DNA of 63,180 bases, filler included, from 9 parts of 9 records of this genome joined end to end with filler, not necessarily neighbours in it; one strand, 5' to 3'; shown: positions 39,378-50,099, numbered from the whole stretch's first letter. Notes: generated from the sequence alone by a model not told the origin. Made by a program: numbers and translations.

Positions 39378-40637
39378 ATGAGCGAAAACGTATACGTCAT
39401 TGGCGTAGGCATGATCAAATTCGGCAAATACCTGGAAAAGGGAATTAAGGAGCTTACAGGCGAAGCTCTGGAACTGGTTTTGAAGGACTGCGGCCTGGCG
39501 CGGGGCGACCTGGAAGCAGCCTGGTTTTCCAACACCGGTTGGGGGATGAACGAGTTTCAACATTCCATTCGCGGCCAGGTTGCCCTGACTGCCAACGGGC
39601 TGGATAAAATCCCCATGACCAATGTGGAAAACGCCTGCGCCAGCGCGAGCACGGCTTTCCATTCCGCCTGGACAGCAATCAAGGCCGGGTTGTACGATTG
39701 TGCGCTGGCCATAGGAACGGAGAAGCTGTACAACGAAGATCGGGCCATGGTCATGAAAGGGTTTATTGCCGGTACGGACGTGGCCGAGACCACTAAAATG
39801 ATCGAAGCCTGGCAGGAAGGCGCAAAGAAGAAAAAAGAAGAGGCCGCGAGGATGGCTGCGGAAAAAGGCGAGGTGCCCAAGGAGGAGAAGAAAGGCGGCC
39901 ATTCGGTATTCATGGACTTTTACGCCCACGGCGCCAGGATGCACATGGAGCAATACGGCACAACCCAGCGCCAGCTTGCTGCCATCGCCTCCAAGGCCCA
40001 CAACAATTCTGCGCTCAATCCGCTGGCCCAGTACACTTTCCCCATGACCGTGGACGAGGTCATGGCCGATCGGGAAGTTGCCTGGCCTCTCACCCGGGCC
40101 ATGTGCGCCCCTATCGGCGACGGCGCTGCTGCGGCGGTTATCTGTTCTGAACGATTCCTGAAAAAAAATCCCTCCAGCCGGGCGGCTTTGATCCGCGCTT
40201 CCATATTGAAATCCGGCTCCAGGGTCGGAGCCAACGACATCTGCGAAAGGGCTTCCAAATCGGCTTATGAAACCGCCGGGCTCGGCCCGGAGGACATCAA
40301 GGTCTGCGAAGTGCACGACGCCACCGCATTTGGCGAGTTGTATCAGACAGAGCAGATGGGATTTTGTCCCAAGGGCGACGGCGGGCCGTTTGCGGAAAGC
40401 GGCGCAACGGCCATAGACGGAAAAATCGCGGTTAATCCGAGCGGCGGTTTGATGTCGAGGGGCCATCCTATCGGCGCCTCCGGCCTGGCCCAGATATACG
40501 AATTGGTTACTCAGCTTCGCGGCGAGGCAGGTAAGCGTCAGGTAGAAAATCCGCGCATAGCCATGGCCGAAAACGGCGGCGGGACCCTGGGCCAGGGCGA
40601 AGCAGCCATGTGTATTCACATTCTGGAAAAAATATAG
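39378..40637 (+). CDS. Thiolase family protein (SCP2/SCP-x type)
   Basis: ENACASAS, MCAPIGDGAAA, EVHDA, NPSGGL..GHPIGASG, AENGGG. Confidence 0.92.
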   Translation: MSENVYVIGVGMIKFGKYLEKGIKELTGEALELVLKDCGLARGDLEAAWFSNTGWGMNEFQHSIRGQVALTANGLDKIPMTNVENACASASTAFHSAWTAIKAGLYDCALAIGTEKLYNEDRAMVMKGFIAGTDVAETTKMIEAWQEGAKKKKEEAARMAAEKGEVPKEEKKGGHSVFMDFYAHGARMHMEQYGTTQRQLAAIASKAHNNSALNPLAQYTFPMTVDEVMADREVAWPLTRAMCAPIGDGAAAAVICSERFLKKNPSSRAALIRASILKSGSRVGANDICERASKSAYETAGLGPEDIKVCEVHDATAFGELYQTEQMGFCPKGDGGPFAESGATAIDGKIAVNPSGGLMSRGHPIGASGLAQIYELVTQLRGEAGKRQVENPRIAMAENGGGTLGQGEAAMCIHILEKI

Positions 40638-40840
40638 GAAAAAGATTAAACCATGACTCAAGCGCCTCAATAAATGACTATTGATGAATTAATAAAATGC
40701 CAGTCTTAATTGCAGGCGGATAAACAGTATACCTAACACGAAGACCAGGTTGCGGGCCAGGCCGATTTTGACGGCCGCCCTAGCCGCTTATCAAACGCTT
40801 TAAAAGACAATCGGATGATATTCCGTGCAAGGCTTTGCCT

Positions 40841-41929
40841 TTATCTATCTTTATCGCCGGCCTTGAAATCACTACGATTAAAATCCGGCTCACGATATCG
40901 GCCCCAGAAATGAGTCATGGTTGTATGGGTGAAAAACCAGTTGATCGAAGGAATCAGAAGCAGCTTGTCAAAGACTAAGTAAGATAAAAATATTGCGGGA
41001 TAGAGATACATCAGATAAATAATATTGGAGAGCCAAGTGTGATTTATTTGCGCCAGGCCCGGAAAGAAACTTCCCAGACTTGAAAAAATAATAACTGAGG
41101 CCGGTACGGATGAGATAAAATAAAGAAGCACTCCCCATGAGTGCCCGGCTTCCACTGCTTTTTGGGGGCATAAAGCCGCGCACCTCATGCAGCTTTCGCA
41201 ATTATACTTCCAAAACGGTCGCGTCTTTTTGCGGCCATGCATCACAATGGCTCCAACCGGGCAACTGTCAGCACACAATCCGCAGCCGTTGCAATCAGAA
41301 TTGGCAAAAAACAGCTTGGCCAGAAAAAAACGGCCTATGACCAGGTATAAAAGGGAAATATAGGAAAGAATGATTCCCCACAATAATTCATACAGGTTGT
41401 TGACCGTGAACCATTCCCGACGCCCTGAAATAATCTTGTTCATGAAATCAATTGTTTTAGGCTCAGCTCTCCCGATAATCGCCCTTTGTTTTTCCAGCTT
41501 TTGTATTGGATGCAGGGAATACCAGTTTGAAGGCATGTCGATAGAGACGGCCCCGCGAACTTTGTACCCTTTTAACGCCAATATCAGGGCGATGATGAAA
41601 TTTGCTGAACCGCTGATACCGGGGATGAAAACCGATCCCCATTTCATCCCGGCCCTGGTTGAGGCACAGAAAGCATGCCTGGATTTACCCCTCGGCATTC
41701 GGACCGCAAATTTCAACATATGCCAGGGTGATGTAAATCCGTGGGTTGGCGCGACCAGGCCTATCAGGTCTGCATCATTATCTATTGTTGATGTTGATCC
41801 GGCCCTGTCTATGGATGCTTTTCCGGCTTCCAAACCGTTTTGTTTTGCGGTCTCCTCCATCCAGCAAGAGGCCCTGTATGAATTTCCGGTCCCGCTAAAA
41901 TAATAAATTATCGCCCTGGAATAAGACAT
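40841..41929 (-). CDS. EFR1-family flavodoxin-ferredoxin fusion with hydrophobic segments
   Basis: YFSGTGNS, MPSNW, CNGCGLCADSCP and CESCMRCAALCP. Three hydrophobic stretches. Confidence 0.85.
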   Translation of the reverse strand: MSYSRAIIYYFSGTGNSYRASCWMEETAKQNGLEAGKASIDRAGSTSTIDNDADLIGLVAPTHGFTSPWHMLKFAVRMPRGKSRHAFCASTRAGMKWGSVFIPGISGSANFIIALILALKGYKVRGAVSIDMPSNWYSLHPIQKLEKQRAIIGRAEPKTIDFMNKIISGRREWFTVNNLYELLWGIILSYISLLYLVIGRFFLAKLFFANSDCNGCGLCADSCPVGAIVMHGRKKTRPFWKYNCESCMRCAALCPQKAVEAGHSWGVLLYFISSVPASVIIFSSLGSFFPGLAQINHTWLSNIIYLMYLYPAIFLSYLVFDKLLLIPSINWFFTHTTMTHFWGRYREPDFNRSDFKAGDKDR

Positions 41930-42083
41930 TTAACCTCTTTGCACTCAGCGTTGCATTCAGCCTATTAATACTATTTTCATGTCGTTAGAAGATTAAATCT
42001 TATACTCAACATTTATTCGCTGAACACGGTTTAATTAGCCATGGGTGAAAAAGGACAGGGAAAAAATTATTTGGGAAAAACCG

Positions 42084-42932
42084 CTAAACCTCATACCCGA
42101 TTTTTCTGGCCCTAACCGGTTTGTCAAGATCAATTCCCAGGGCGATGCCTGTTTCGACCAGGAGCGACCAACCCGCCGCCATCTGAAGATAAGGCGTGAA
42201 TTCTCCATACTCGGGAACTATAACCGTGCGAAACCGGGTTTCCAGGTCGGCCACTGCAATAACCGGCATGCCCACGCCCTTGGCCAGGACTTGTTCAAAC
42301 TTCTCTTCTTCTTCAAAAAGATCCAGAAGTATGACTAATTGATCTTCGGCCATGACTTCTTCAATACCGTGGACGGCATAAGTCCCGGCGAGAAAATCGG
42401 CGGGTTTGCGGATTATTTCATTGGTTTTCAAAGTCAGTTCTTCAGCAACGCCGTTGCTAAGTCCGGCCCAATAGATTGTTGATGCATCTTTCATCAGGTC
42501 TGTCAGGTCCATGGGCAGTTCGGCCGTAAGCACTCTTTCAAAAAGTTCGGCCAGTTTTTCCAGGTCCGGCAGCGGGGCATTGTGCTTCATCCGGAAAAGA
42601 ATATCGTAAAACAAGGCCTGTTCCACCACGCTTTTAGTTGCGGCCACAGCTTTTTCGGCGCCACAGCGCAAAAGATAATGGATGTCGCTCTGCTCCTGGA
42701 TAGGCGTGTTATCATGGCCGACTATGGCAAAGATTGCACTTCCTTGTCTTTTCTTAACATCTTCTATCAGCCGGACAGCCTCTTTGGTCCTGCCGGAATT
42801 TGAGGCCACAAATACCAGGGTGTCTTTAAGCGCGTAATCCTGGCTCTGGGCCGCGCCTTCCGTAAATATAACGCCGGGCCAACCGTTGCGTAAAGAATCG
42901 TATATTATTTTCATGGCCGGAAAAATACGGGA
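42084..42932 (-). CDS. SIS domain sugar isomerase (GlmS-like), 5' truncated
   Basis: SRIFPA at the contig edge, ASNSGRTKE, EKAVAATKS, EELTLKTNEI, AVHGIEE, DLDKPVRARK. Confidence 0.82.
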   Translation of the reverse strand, partial: SRIFPAMKIIYDSLRNGWPGVIFTEGAAQSQDYALKDTLVFVASNSGRTKEAVRLIEDVKKRQGSAIFAIVGHDNTPIQEQSDIHYLLRCGAEKAVAATKSVVEQALFYDILFRMKHNAPLPDLEKLAELFERVLTAELPMDLTDLMKDASTIYWAGLSNGVAEELTLKTNEIIRKPADFLAGTYAVHGIEEVMAEDQLVILLDLFEEEEKFEQVLAKGVGMPVIAVADLETRFRTVIVPEYGEFTPYLQMAAGWSLLVETGIALGIDLDKPVRARKIGYEV

Positions 42933-43032
42933 NNNNNNNNNNNNNNNNNNNNNNNNNNNNNNNNNNNNNNNNNNNNTTAATTAATTAANNNNNNNNNNNN
43001 NNNNNNNNNNNNNNNNNNNNNNNNNNNNNNNN
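42933..43032. other. Artificial contig spacer
   Basis: N44-TTAATTAATTAA-N44. Confidence 0.99.
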
Positions 43033-43142
43033 AGTCCCGACATATCGTGAAAGGGTTGAAACCGGGGCAGCAGATTATCCCCACTCCGCCAACCCGGCTG
43101 ATAGATGGCTCACCGGTTACGATCGACTCCGGATCGCGCTGA

Positions 43143-43757
43143 TCAACAAGACAGATAATCGGGAAGGCCTCCCTCGATGGCTTTTCTTGTAGCCATGGCA
43201 TGGGTTTCCATCGTGGTCACTTGGCTCAGAAGCGTTTGTTTCCGGTTCTCAGACTTCAATTCTGCCACATTAATCCGAACACTGAATCCAGCAGCCTGGA
43301 CAGCTGACTCACTCACGACAGCAGCGACACCGAGGTCACTCAGAAGATATCGACTCGCATCATTCTGCAGCGCCTTCATTGTCGTTAACGCACTACACGC
43401 AGTCGCAGCGATCTCCAGCGGGATCATGAGCGCTATTTCCAGTGCCATGTCCTGCTCGGCCTGTGGGACATCTTTCCGTTTCATGACCTCGGAAAGGTTC
43501 TCATATGCAGCCGCATCCTCATCGGCGAAATCTCTCAACATGCGATCTGCCCGGTGTAATTGCCTCATCAATTCGGAAACACGATTTCGCTGTCTCTCAT
43601 CAATGTCCTTGCGAATGGAATAAGCGGCCACCATCCGCGCCTGAGCACAGGCAAGAGCACCTGCCAGGGCTGCCACTGCTCCACCTCCTGGCGTTGGTGT
43701 CCGGTCCGCCAGCTTGTCAAGAAAGGATTCAACCGTGTTATCTGCGAGCATTCCCAT
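43143..43757 (-). CDS. Cyclodeaminase/cyclohydrolase (FTCD C-terminal, FchA-like) family protein
   Basis: FLDKLA..TPTPGGGAVAA, DEDAAAY, PLEIA, SDLGVA, VRINV. Confidence 0.88.
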   Translation of the reverse strand: MGMLADNTVESFLDKLADRTPTPGGGAVAALAGALACAQARMVAAYSIRKDIDERQRNRVSELMRQLHRADRMLRDFADEDAAAYENLSEVMKRKDVPQAEQDMALEIALMIPLEIAATACSALTTMKALQNDASRYLLSDLGVAAVVSESAVQAAGFSVRINVAELKSENRKQTLLSQVTTMETHAMATRKAIEGGLPDYLSC

Positions 43758-43919
43758 GAGGATCTGCCTTTCGTTAGAAGTACTGTTGTCCCGGATGAAT
43801 TGTAGTCGCAGGCTTCGATGTGTCTATTTCGGAAATGGGGGGTTGAATTTTCTCCCTTCATGCAGGAGACTGCTGCATACTTATCTGGATGACTGGTACA
43901 TGAAGCGGAGGTGTGTAGC

Positions 43920-44945
43920 GTGAGAAAACCCGGTGTATTGATTACAGGCGCCAGTGGCGAAATCGGACATGGACTCATCGAATCGATCTCAGAACAGAAC
44001 AATCATGACATCATTGCTCTGGATCTGAAACCTCTCCCGGAAGAGCTCGCAGAGAAATGTGCAGTCTCTCTCCCGGGTGATATTCTCGATGATAATCTTC
44101 TCAAGAGAATGATCAGTGAATATGAAATCCACGCGATCTACCACCTTGCGGCCCTGTTAAGCACACGTTCGGAGTACACGCCCGAAACCGCCCATCGCGT
44201 AAACGTGGAAGGAACACTCAATCTCATCCAGCTGGCCTCCGAACAGGCTCGCTGGCATGGACATCCGGTCGTGTTCCTGTTCCCGAGTTCCATTGCGGCA
44301 TATGGTCTTCCGGATGCCGGAACAAAGAACAAGAGTTCCGCAATCAAGGAAAAGGACTGGAATCTCCCGACCACCATGTATGGGTGCAACAAGCTCTACT
44401 GCGAACAGGTAGGGCGGTACTATTCGCAGCATTACCGGCAGCTTGCAGCCGAACCTACACCCAGTGGCGTTGACTTCCGTGCACTGCGATTTCCAGGCAT
44501 CATCAGTGCGGTGACTCTGCCTTCTGGTGGTACAAGCGATTTCGCATCAGAAATGATCCACTCCGCTGCCCAGGGGGTCCCGTATGCCTGTTTTGTCGGT
44601 GAAGATGCTCGCATTCCATTCATGGCAATGCCGGATGCCATTAAGGCAATGCTGACACTCGCTGCCGCTCCGGCGGAAAACCTCAGGCAGCGTGTCTACA
44701 ACGTGACATCTTTCAGCCCGTCTGCCGGACAGATCCGCAACCGGGTGCTCAAAGCATTCCCCGATGCCGAAATCGCCTTTGAGCCGGATAAGCCACGCGC
44801 TGGCATCATCGACACCTGGCCCGCTGAACTGGATGATTCTGCCGCCCGTAAAGACTGGGGCTGGATGCCGGATTACGATGAGAACCGCGCTTTCGATGAA
44901 TATCTGATTCCCTGCATTCGCGATTACTATCGCTCGAAGGAATAA
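43920..44945 (+). CDS. NAD-dependent epimerase/dehydratase, L-threonine 3-dehydrogenase-like extended SDR
   Basis: ITGASGEIG, HLAALLS, FPSSIAAYG, MYGCNK, RFPGIIS, GGTSD, ARKDWGW. GGAGG RBS precedes GTG 43920. Confidence 0.85.
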   Translation: MRKPGVLITGASGEIGHGLIESISEQNNHDIIALDLKPLPEELAEKCAVSLPGDILDDNLLKRMISEYEIHAIYHLAALLSTRSEYTPETAHRVNVEGTLNLIQLASEQARWHGHPVVFLFPSSIAAYGLPDAGTKNKSSAIKEKDWNLPTTMYGCNKLYCEQVGRYYSQHYRQLAAEPTPSGVDFRALRFPGIISAVTLPSGGTSDFASEMIHSAAQGVPYACFVGEDARIPFMAMPDAIKAMLTLAAAPAENLRQRVYNVTSFSPSAGQIRNRVLKAFPDAEIAFEPDKPRAGIIDTWPAELDDSAARKDWGWMPDYDENRAFDEYLIPCIRDYYRSKE

Positions 44946-44964
44946 GCAAGGATCAAACGGGTAT

Positions 44965-45002
44965 AAAAAAACCGCAGGGCGAGAACGCGTCCTGCGGTTT
45001 TT
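44965..45002. terminator. Bidirectional intrinsic terminator
   Basis: A-run, CCGCAGG...CCTGCGG stem, T-run, between convergent genes. Confidence 0.85.
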
Positions 45003-45022
45003 CTTATCTGGTTACGTGCGGT

Positions 45023-45673
45023 TTATTTCAGTTCGACATCCCAGTACGCATGGTTGAGGAACTGCCGCCACGAACGGTATTTATGATCCGAAAGCTTCAG
45101 TGTGATCGACGGGCTCTGCTTGGGCCGAACAGGTTTCGTGATCAGCTTCATGTTTGCTTCCTTCGGTGTACGTCCGCCTTTTTGGACGTTGCACTTCACG
45201 CAGGCGCAAACGATATTTTCCCAGCTCATCTCACCGCCACGCGAACGCGGAACGACATGGTCAAGGCTGAGTTCACTTGTGCTGAATCGTTTGCCGCAAT
45301 ACTGACAGCGATTCCCGTCTCGTGCAAAAATATTGCGACGGTTGAATTTCACTTCCTGCCGTGGCTGACGCGAACACCCGAGCAGTCGGATGATCCGAGG
45401 CACGACAATGCTGAAGCGAACCGTGCGTACCCAGTCGTGAGCAGCGGGCTCAAACTCCATGCGGAATCGGCTCAGTTCCTGCCAGTCGTCAAATGTATAC
45501 GATGTGTATCGCCCGTCTTCGAAGTGTACAACTTCTGCAAGCGGACCTTCATTTACACCATCCTGGCATAAAAGCGAAAAAGCCCTTCGAGCAGAAATCA
45601 CTCGCAGGGCCGAATAATGTGCATTCAAGAGAAGGACACTGCACTCCAGTCCTGAAGGACCTCTGTCAGGCAT
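45023..45673 (-). CDS. HNH endonuclease (McrA-like family)
   Basis: VLLLNA.Y, VPRIIRL, NIFARDGNRCQYCG, LDHVVPRSRGG, WENIVCACVKCNVQKG. Start placed at ATG 45673 (uncertain). Confidence 0.9.
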   Translation of the reverse strand: MPDRGPSGLECSVLLLNAHYSALRVISARRAFSLLCQDGVNEGPLAEVVHFEDGRYTSYTFDDWQELSRFRMEFEPAAHDWVRTVRFSIVVPRIIRLLGCSRQPRQEVKFNRRNIFARDGNRCQYCGKRFSTSELSLDHVVPRSRGGEMSWENIVCACVKCNVQKGGRTPKEANMKLITKPVRPKQSPSITLKLSDHKYRSWRQFLNHAYWDVELK

Positions 45674-45929
45674 TCCGGAATAACTCAGTACAGCTGAAGA
45701 GAAGACGACACCTCCTGCATTACGCAACTGATCTTGGTCTGCTACAGCACCCTTACATGATCTGGTATACTAACAGAAACGACACACAAGAACAAGACCT
45801 GTGATTTACGCGCGACATTCGTTTTTGATATCTTAGCGCTACGCTCATGGAGAGACAATGACAGGCATGGACATGAAAACAGGAAATAGGCGTCAAACTA
45901 TTGAATCAGAAGTGTACAATCTAACCCGA

Positions 45930-46937
45930 TTATTCTGATTTCAGCCGCCTTGTCATCAGTGCGGAAATAGCCTCTTGAGGTGACATTGTGCCATGCAGTA
46001 CCGACTGGACGGCTTCGATTACAGGCAATTCAACCTGGTTTGAATCTGCCAGGGCGACAACGGCATCGGTTGTCGGAATACCCTCGATCACGGAATTCGT
46101 GGATGCGATGACTTCTTTCGCACTCATTCCACGGCCAATCATTTCGCCTGCTGAACGGTTGCGTCCGACAGGTGAAATACAGGTGGTGATCAGGTCGCCA
46201 ATCCCTGCAAGCCCTTTGAATGTGTCAGGCTCGGCTCCAAGTGCACGACCCAGGCGGCCGATCTCTACGATCCCCCGGGTCAGAAGAGCGGCTTTTGCAT
46301 TGTCGCCAAGTTCCATTCCGTCGATTATCCCTGCCGCAATCGCGATGACATTCTTTGTTGCACCGGCAAGCTCAACACCGACAAGGTCGGTATTGGTATA
46401 CACGCGAACCGTTGGCGTGCTGAACGAGATCTGGACCAGTTTCGCAAGTTCTTCTGTTTCTGCCGCTGCAACCAGGGTAACCGGAAGATGATTGGCAACT
46501 TCCGGGGCGATACTAGGACCCGAAAGCGAACAGACGGGAGTATCTACACCGAGCACATCATGGAGAATCTGGCTTGGACGTTGCAGTGTCTCTAATTCGA
46601 TACCCTTCGTAATGCTGCAGACCGGAATGTCTGCCTTGTAATGTTCACGGATTGACATCCATACGTTCCGTGTGAACTGGCAGGGGACAGCCGAAATTAT
46701 CAGCTCCGGATGAGACAGTGCTTCACACGCATCACCTGTTGCAATGATGTTATCCGGCAGGGGATGTCCGGGAAGAAACTGTACGTTCTCACGTTTCGCC
46801 GCTATATCTGACACCTGTTCCGGAAAGAAACCCCAGAGATGAACGCGGGTACCATGGTGAGCCAGGATCAACGCGCAAACGGTGCCCATCGCACCATCGC
46901 CGATTACGGTGGCATGTTCGACAGGAGTATCTATCAC
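45930..46937 (-). CDS. gpsA: NAD(P)H-dependent glycerol-3-phosphate dehydrogenase
   Basis: GDGAMG, TKGIE, LSGPS, GATKNVIAIAAG, GIGDLITTC...GRN. Confidence 0.95.
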   Translation of the reverse strand: MIDTPVEHATVIGDGAMGTVCALILAHHGTRVHLWGFFPEQVSDIAAKRENVQFLPGHPLPDNIIATGDACEALSHPELIISAVPCQFTRNVWMSIREHYKADIPVCSITKGIELETLQRPSQILHDVLGVDTPVCSLSGPSIAPEVANHLPVTLVAAAETEELAKLVQISFSTPTVRVYTNTDLVGVELAGATKNVIAIAAGIIDGMELGDNAKAALLTRGIVEIGRLGRALGAEPDTFKGLAGIGDLITTCISPVGRNRSAGEMIGRGMSAKEVIASTNSVIEGIPTTDAVVALADSNQVELPVIEAVQSVLHGTMSPQEAISALMTRRLKSE

Positions 46938-46971
46938 GACAGTGGTTCCACGTTTTGCAGGACTGGCTTCG

Positions 46972-47178
46972 TTACAGCGAAAACGGATTCGGCGTCACGT
47001 TCAGTTGATTGTTTACCACGTGATTGATCATGTAACCGGCCGTGCCGACAGCCCAGTTATACAGAAGATTGTTGCCGCCGACCTGGCAACCGGATGCAAC
47101 CTGCAGCAGGCAGGCAGAAGAAGCGACGAGCATCAGGGTCTTTCGCATACGCTGACCAAACGACTTGGACATTGTCAT
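46972..47178 (-). CDS. Small exported/lipoprotein-like hypothetical protein
   Basis: AAAGGA RBS, basic N-region, hydrophobic stretch ending VASGC. Fills the gap between co-oriented genes. Start is 47178 or 47172. Confidence 0.55.
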   Translation of the reverse strand: MTMSKSFGQRMRKTLMLVASSACLLQVASGCQVGGNNLLYNWAVGTAGYMINHVVNNQLNVTPNPFSL

Positions 47179-47246
47179 CAATTCCTTTCGTATGAAAGAT
47201 GATCGAGGATCCCAGGCCTCATCATCGTAGAAGGGTACGCAATACG

Positions 47247-48106
47247 TTACTTCGTGCCAGTTGGCTTTTCATCCTTGCCGGCTGGGGATTCCGGCTCTTC
47301 GATCGCCTTCTTCTGGTCGAGAAGGACAACCTTCGCTGCAATAATCACTGGAACCGGATCAACCCCATCTGCCTTGAGAAACTTCTCTCGAGCATGAATG
47401 CCGACCATCCGTCCCAGGTATTTCTTGGCATCGAAGTCCATATCCCGTGGAACTTCAATGTAGTACAGCGTGTGAATCTTCTCCGCGTTGGGATCGATCA
47501 GGCGATACCGACGCGGCCCATTCGGGGAATTATAAATCCGGCTTTCCCGCAGTTCGCCTTCTGCGGCAAATCCTTTGTCGACTGGCACAGGTACGGTCCG
47601 GATGTTTGCACGACGTGTCGCAAACTCGCGACGTTCATTGTGAGCCTTCTCACGGATTTCCCGCACCCGACGGACGGCATCTGCCAGTTCGATCTGTTCT
47701 TCCAGTTGTGTCAGCCGGGTCTTCGCCCAGGCTTGTGAATACGCATCCGTTTCCTGCTCGGCAATCGGTGTATACGCTTTGCTGAACTCTGCATAATCTC
47801 GATTCAGCAGGGGTTTCTTCAGCTCCTCGGCCAGTTCGACTTCAATGGCTTCAATAGCCTTGCGCAGCTTGACGATTTTCTCTTTGCGCTCTTTCGGAGT
47901 CGTCGAAAGATCAGATGGCTTTTCTTTTATCGCAGGTTTGTTCAGGGGAGATGGCTTATCCTCTGCCTTCACCTTATCTTCTTCTGCCTTGTCTGTTTTG
48001 GCAGGCTGCGTTGTTACGACCTTGGGCTTCACTGGTTCAGAGGCTTTGGCCTGTTCCTGCTTGGCTTCCAGCTCTAGCCTGTCCGTCGGAACGCGCGTAA
48101 TAAACT
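47247..48106 (-). CDS. Hypothetical coiled-coil protein, 5' truncated
   Basis: Frame is open from the contig edge. Charged helical region followed by a beta-rich C-terminal domain (RYRLIDP...YYIE). Confidence 0.7.
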
Positions 48107-48206
48107 NNNNNNNNNNNNNNNNNNNNNNNNNNNNNNNNNNNNNNNNNNNNTTAATTAATTAANNNNNNNNNNNNNNNNNNNNNNNNNNNNNNNNNNNNNN
48201 NNNNNN
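48107..48206. other. Artificial contig spacer
   Basis: N44-TTAATTAATTAA-N44. Confidence 0.99.
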
Positions 48207-49714
48207 CTGAACAAAAGCGATCCGCGGTCGCGCCCTTCCGGGTATCCCTGGGCAACCCGCCACCAGGCGACCAGGGCCTCGGGTTTCCATTCCTCGGACT
48301 TCTCCAGCCCGGCCAAGAAGATCAGCGGCTTCAAGGCGGTAACCGCACTGGCCGATTCCGGATTGAACAGCGCGCTGGCGCGCAGCACCCCGTACCAGGC
48401 CATGGCCGATTCACCCTCGCCGCCGATGAGGAAGGCGCGGACCGCCTCGGGCGCGAACCAAAGAAGCTCGGCCGACGGCGGAATGCGTTTCAAAACCGGC
48501 AGGAAAACCCGCACCGTCGAGATATAGCGGCCGCCCTCGCGGCCTAATTCGAAGGCCCGGCCGATGGCCTCGGCCTGGGCGGTCGGGACCGTCTGGATCA
48601 TCGAAGTCCGGTAAAGCAAAGCGCGGCTCAGCGGGCCGGTTTCGGCCTCGGCCCGGGATAGCGGATTGGCCAGGTCTTCTTCCGAGAACGAAATGGCGGT
48701 GTAAAGCTGGCGCAGGGTTTCGGCCGGCAGCGCCCCCATCGCCTCGGCCCGTTCCGCCGCTTCCAGGCGGACGTTGACCTGGGCGTTCGGGCTGGTCGCG
48801 ACGGCCCGCAGAACAGCCGGCCGGTCCCGCGCGATGACGTCGGCCGGAAGCTGAACATTCGCCGCCCGCGCCATCGCCAGATGCAAGGGCGTTGCCCCGG
48901 TCATGCTTTCAAGGGTTTTGGCGCCGCCGGCGAGGGCATCGATCAAGCTGAAGAAAACCTGGTCGTCGCCACCCAGTTCGCGCAGCAGGGCAACGCCGAG
49001 GGCCGCCTTGTCGTGTTCGTCGGCGAGCGCCTGGCAGAAACTGAACGCCTTCTGCCAGTAAAGATCGTCGTCCTCGTTGATGCGCGCCGCGGCAAGCCCG
49101 CAGGCCCGGGCATTGTCATTGGCCAGGAACCGGGTATCGGCCTCGATCCGCATCAGATCGGAATTGCCGCCGCGTTCCGGCGAAGCCTGAAGCAGGGCAT
49201 CGGCGGATTCAAGATCGCCCATCATTGCCAACAGGCCGATGCGAAGGGTTATCAGCGATCCCGCCGTTTCATCGCCGACGGGCGGCGGCGCCGCGGACAG
49301 CAGCAGGCGTCGTTCGAGCCCCCGCATCGCCGCCGACGACGTTTTTACCGGGATACGCGGCAAAAGATCGTCGACCAGGCGGCGGTTGGTTCCCTGCCAC
49401 ATGGTTTCGCCGAAACCGCCGTCGCCGGCGGTCAGGACACCGACCGAATCGGGATCGATGGTTTGCAGGGAATCGACCTGAACGCCGGTTCCCGGCGTCT
49501 GGGCGGGCGCCCCGGATGCTGCCGGACCGGGTACTGCGGCGGGTGATTCCATCGGTGTCGCCGGTTGCGGCTGCGGTGCCGGCGGCTGCAATTGCACCGG
49601 CGGCGCCAACAACAGCGGGCCGGTTGGCGGCGTATCCTGCTGGGCCCGGGCGCCGGACAGAATGGCAAAAACCGCCAAACCGGCGGCCAGGAAGGCGATT
49701 TTTTTCAATACCAT
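48207..49714 (-). CDS. Alphaproteobacterial exported alpha-helical hypothetical protein, 3' truncated
   Basis: Signal peptide MVLKKIAFLAAG...ARA, Pro-rich linker, GGFGETMWQGT, RLEAAERAEA. Divergent from aroK. Confidence 0.8.
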
Positions 49715-49718
49715 CGGC

Positions 49719-49859
49719 TTAGCGTGGGAATCGGTCATCGGGAATCACTTTCTCGACCTTCGAAACAGGTGCCGGTATATCCCAGGTCGCCAGGAAAACC
49801 GCTCCTCCGACAATCAACACCACGACGCACAGCATGACCAGGCGCGACAGGTTCTTCAT
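49719..49859 (-). CDS. 46-aa small membrane protein (absent from the ORF track)
   Basis: MKNLSRLVMLCVVVLIVGGAVFLATWDIPAPVSKVEKVIPDDRFPR*. GGAG RBS, one TM helix, stop 4 nt before the next ATG. Confidence 0.75.
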   Translation of the reverse strand: MKNLSRLVMLCVVVLIVGGAVFLATWDIPAPVSKVEKVIPDDRFPR

Positions 49860-50099
49860 TTAATAAATTCTCCGTCCGTAGCGCGATAGCCGGCCGCGCA
49901 CCGATTCCCGGGTTATCCTTTGAGGGGCCTTCCTGCCTCGTGGCGACAACCCTTTGAGATTATGATAGGTTTCAACTATGGCGACTTTTCGGCAGTTTAT
50001 CGGGTCCGCATTGGGCTTTCAACGGGGGCGCCCGCGCAACCGGTGCCTGACGCAGAAAACCCCATGTTTAACGACCAATAAGCGGGCTTGACGACGGCG

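Noticed and set aside
45023..45929. HNH nuclease as an IscB/Cas9-like or defence system with upstream ncRNA
   Set aside because: About 216 aa, no RuvC motifs, no repeats or recognisable structured RNA nearby, housekeeping neighbours. It fits a common stand-alone McrA-like family.
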